64,000 bases of DNA from Sminthopsis crassicaudata (taxonomy: Eukaryota): positions 476,264,958-476,328,957 of the forward strand of contig NC_133617.1 of assembly GCF_048593235.1 (NCBI RefSeq), written 5' to 3'. The stretch's first letter is position 1, and every line of letters starts with the position of its first letter. This document shows, in pieces, positions 63,811-64,000 of the stretch. The notes under the pieces were generated by a model. It had not been told where the DNA came from. It searched no databases and saw only the letters and a program-made list of their open reading frames with translations. A program made the position numbers and the translations under genes.

Positions 63811-64000
63811 CTCTCTATTTGACCTCTCCTAGGGTTATAGACTTATAGATGTAGACCTGGAAGGAACATTAGTGGTCATCTACTTCACCCCCTTCATTTT
63901 AGAGATGTGAAAATTAAGGAAAGGAAGTTAAGTGATTTGCCCAGTTTGGATTAAAGATGAAATGTGAACCCTTCACTCCAGGGACAATATTCTTTTCCTT

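Noticed and set aside
1-64000. Most ORF-track entries as protein-coding genes
   Set aside because: They are short, often start at non-ATG codons, and map to L1, SINE, LTR or microsatellite sequence. In a mammalian genome real CDS would be spliced.

Overview
This is AT-rich eukaryotic (mammalian) genomic DNA, not prokaryotic: there are no operons, CRISPR arrays, rRNA or intact tRNA genes. The repeat complement points to a marsupial, most likely a dasyurid (devil, dunnart or antechinus lineage). It comprises short poly(A)-tailed CORE-SINEs of WSINE1 type, Mar1-type CORE-SINEs with a BovB/RTE-like tail, marsupial L1s with perfect target-site duplications, an RTE 5' fragment, L2, CR1/L3, hAT relics and several solo LTRs. 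Repeat family names come from my recall of consensus sequences, and boundaries of old repeats are approximate. The window looks intronic or intergenic and has two N gaps. Almost all ORF-track entries are L1 remnants, low-complexity translations or chance ORFs. I could not assign any host gene symbol. The best host-coding candidate is a symmetric 162-nt exon at 11611-11772 (+) with strong splice sites. The most interesting non-standard signals are three. First, an ancient local duplication (about 4.2-5.9 kb versus 7.8-9.6 kb) whose 65-bp AP-1/homeobox core is much better conserved than its flanks, and in which only one copy keeps a GTAAGC donor downstream of a TATA and HNF4-like site. Second, a probable templated insertion into a MIR copied from 1.85 kb away. 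Third, a single MIR hit by two independent L1 insertions. I cannot support a claim of a novel biological system from this sequence alone.
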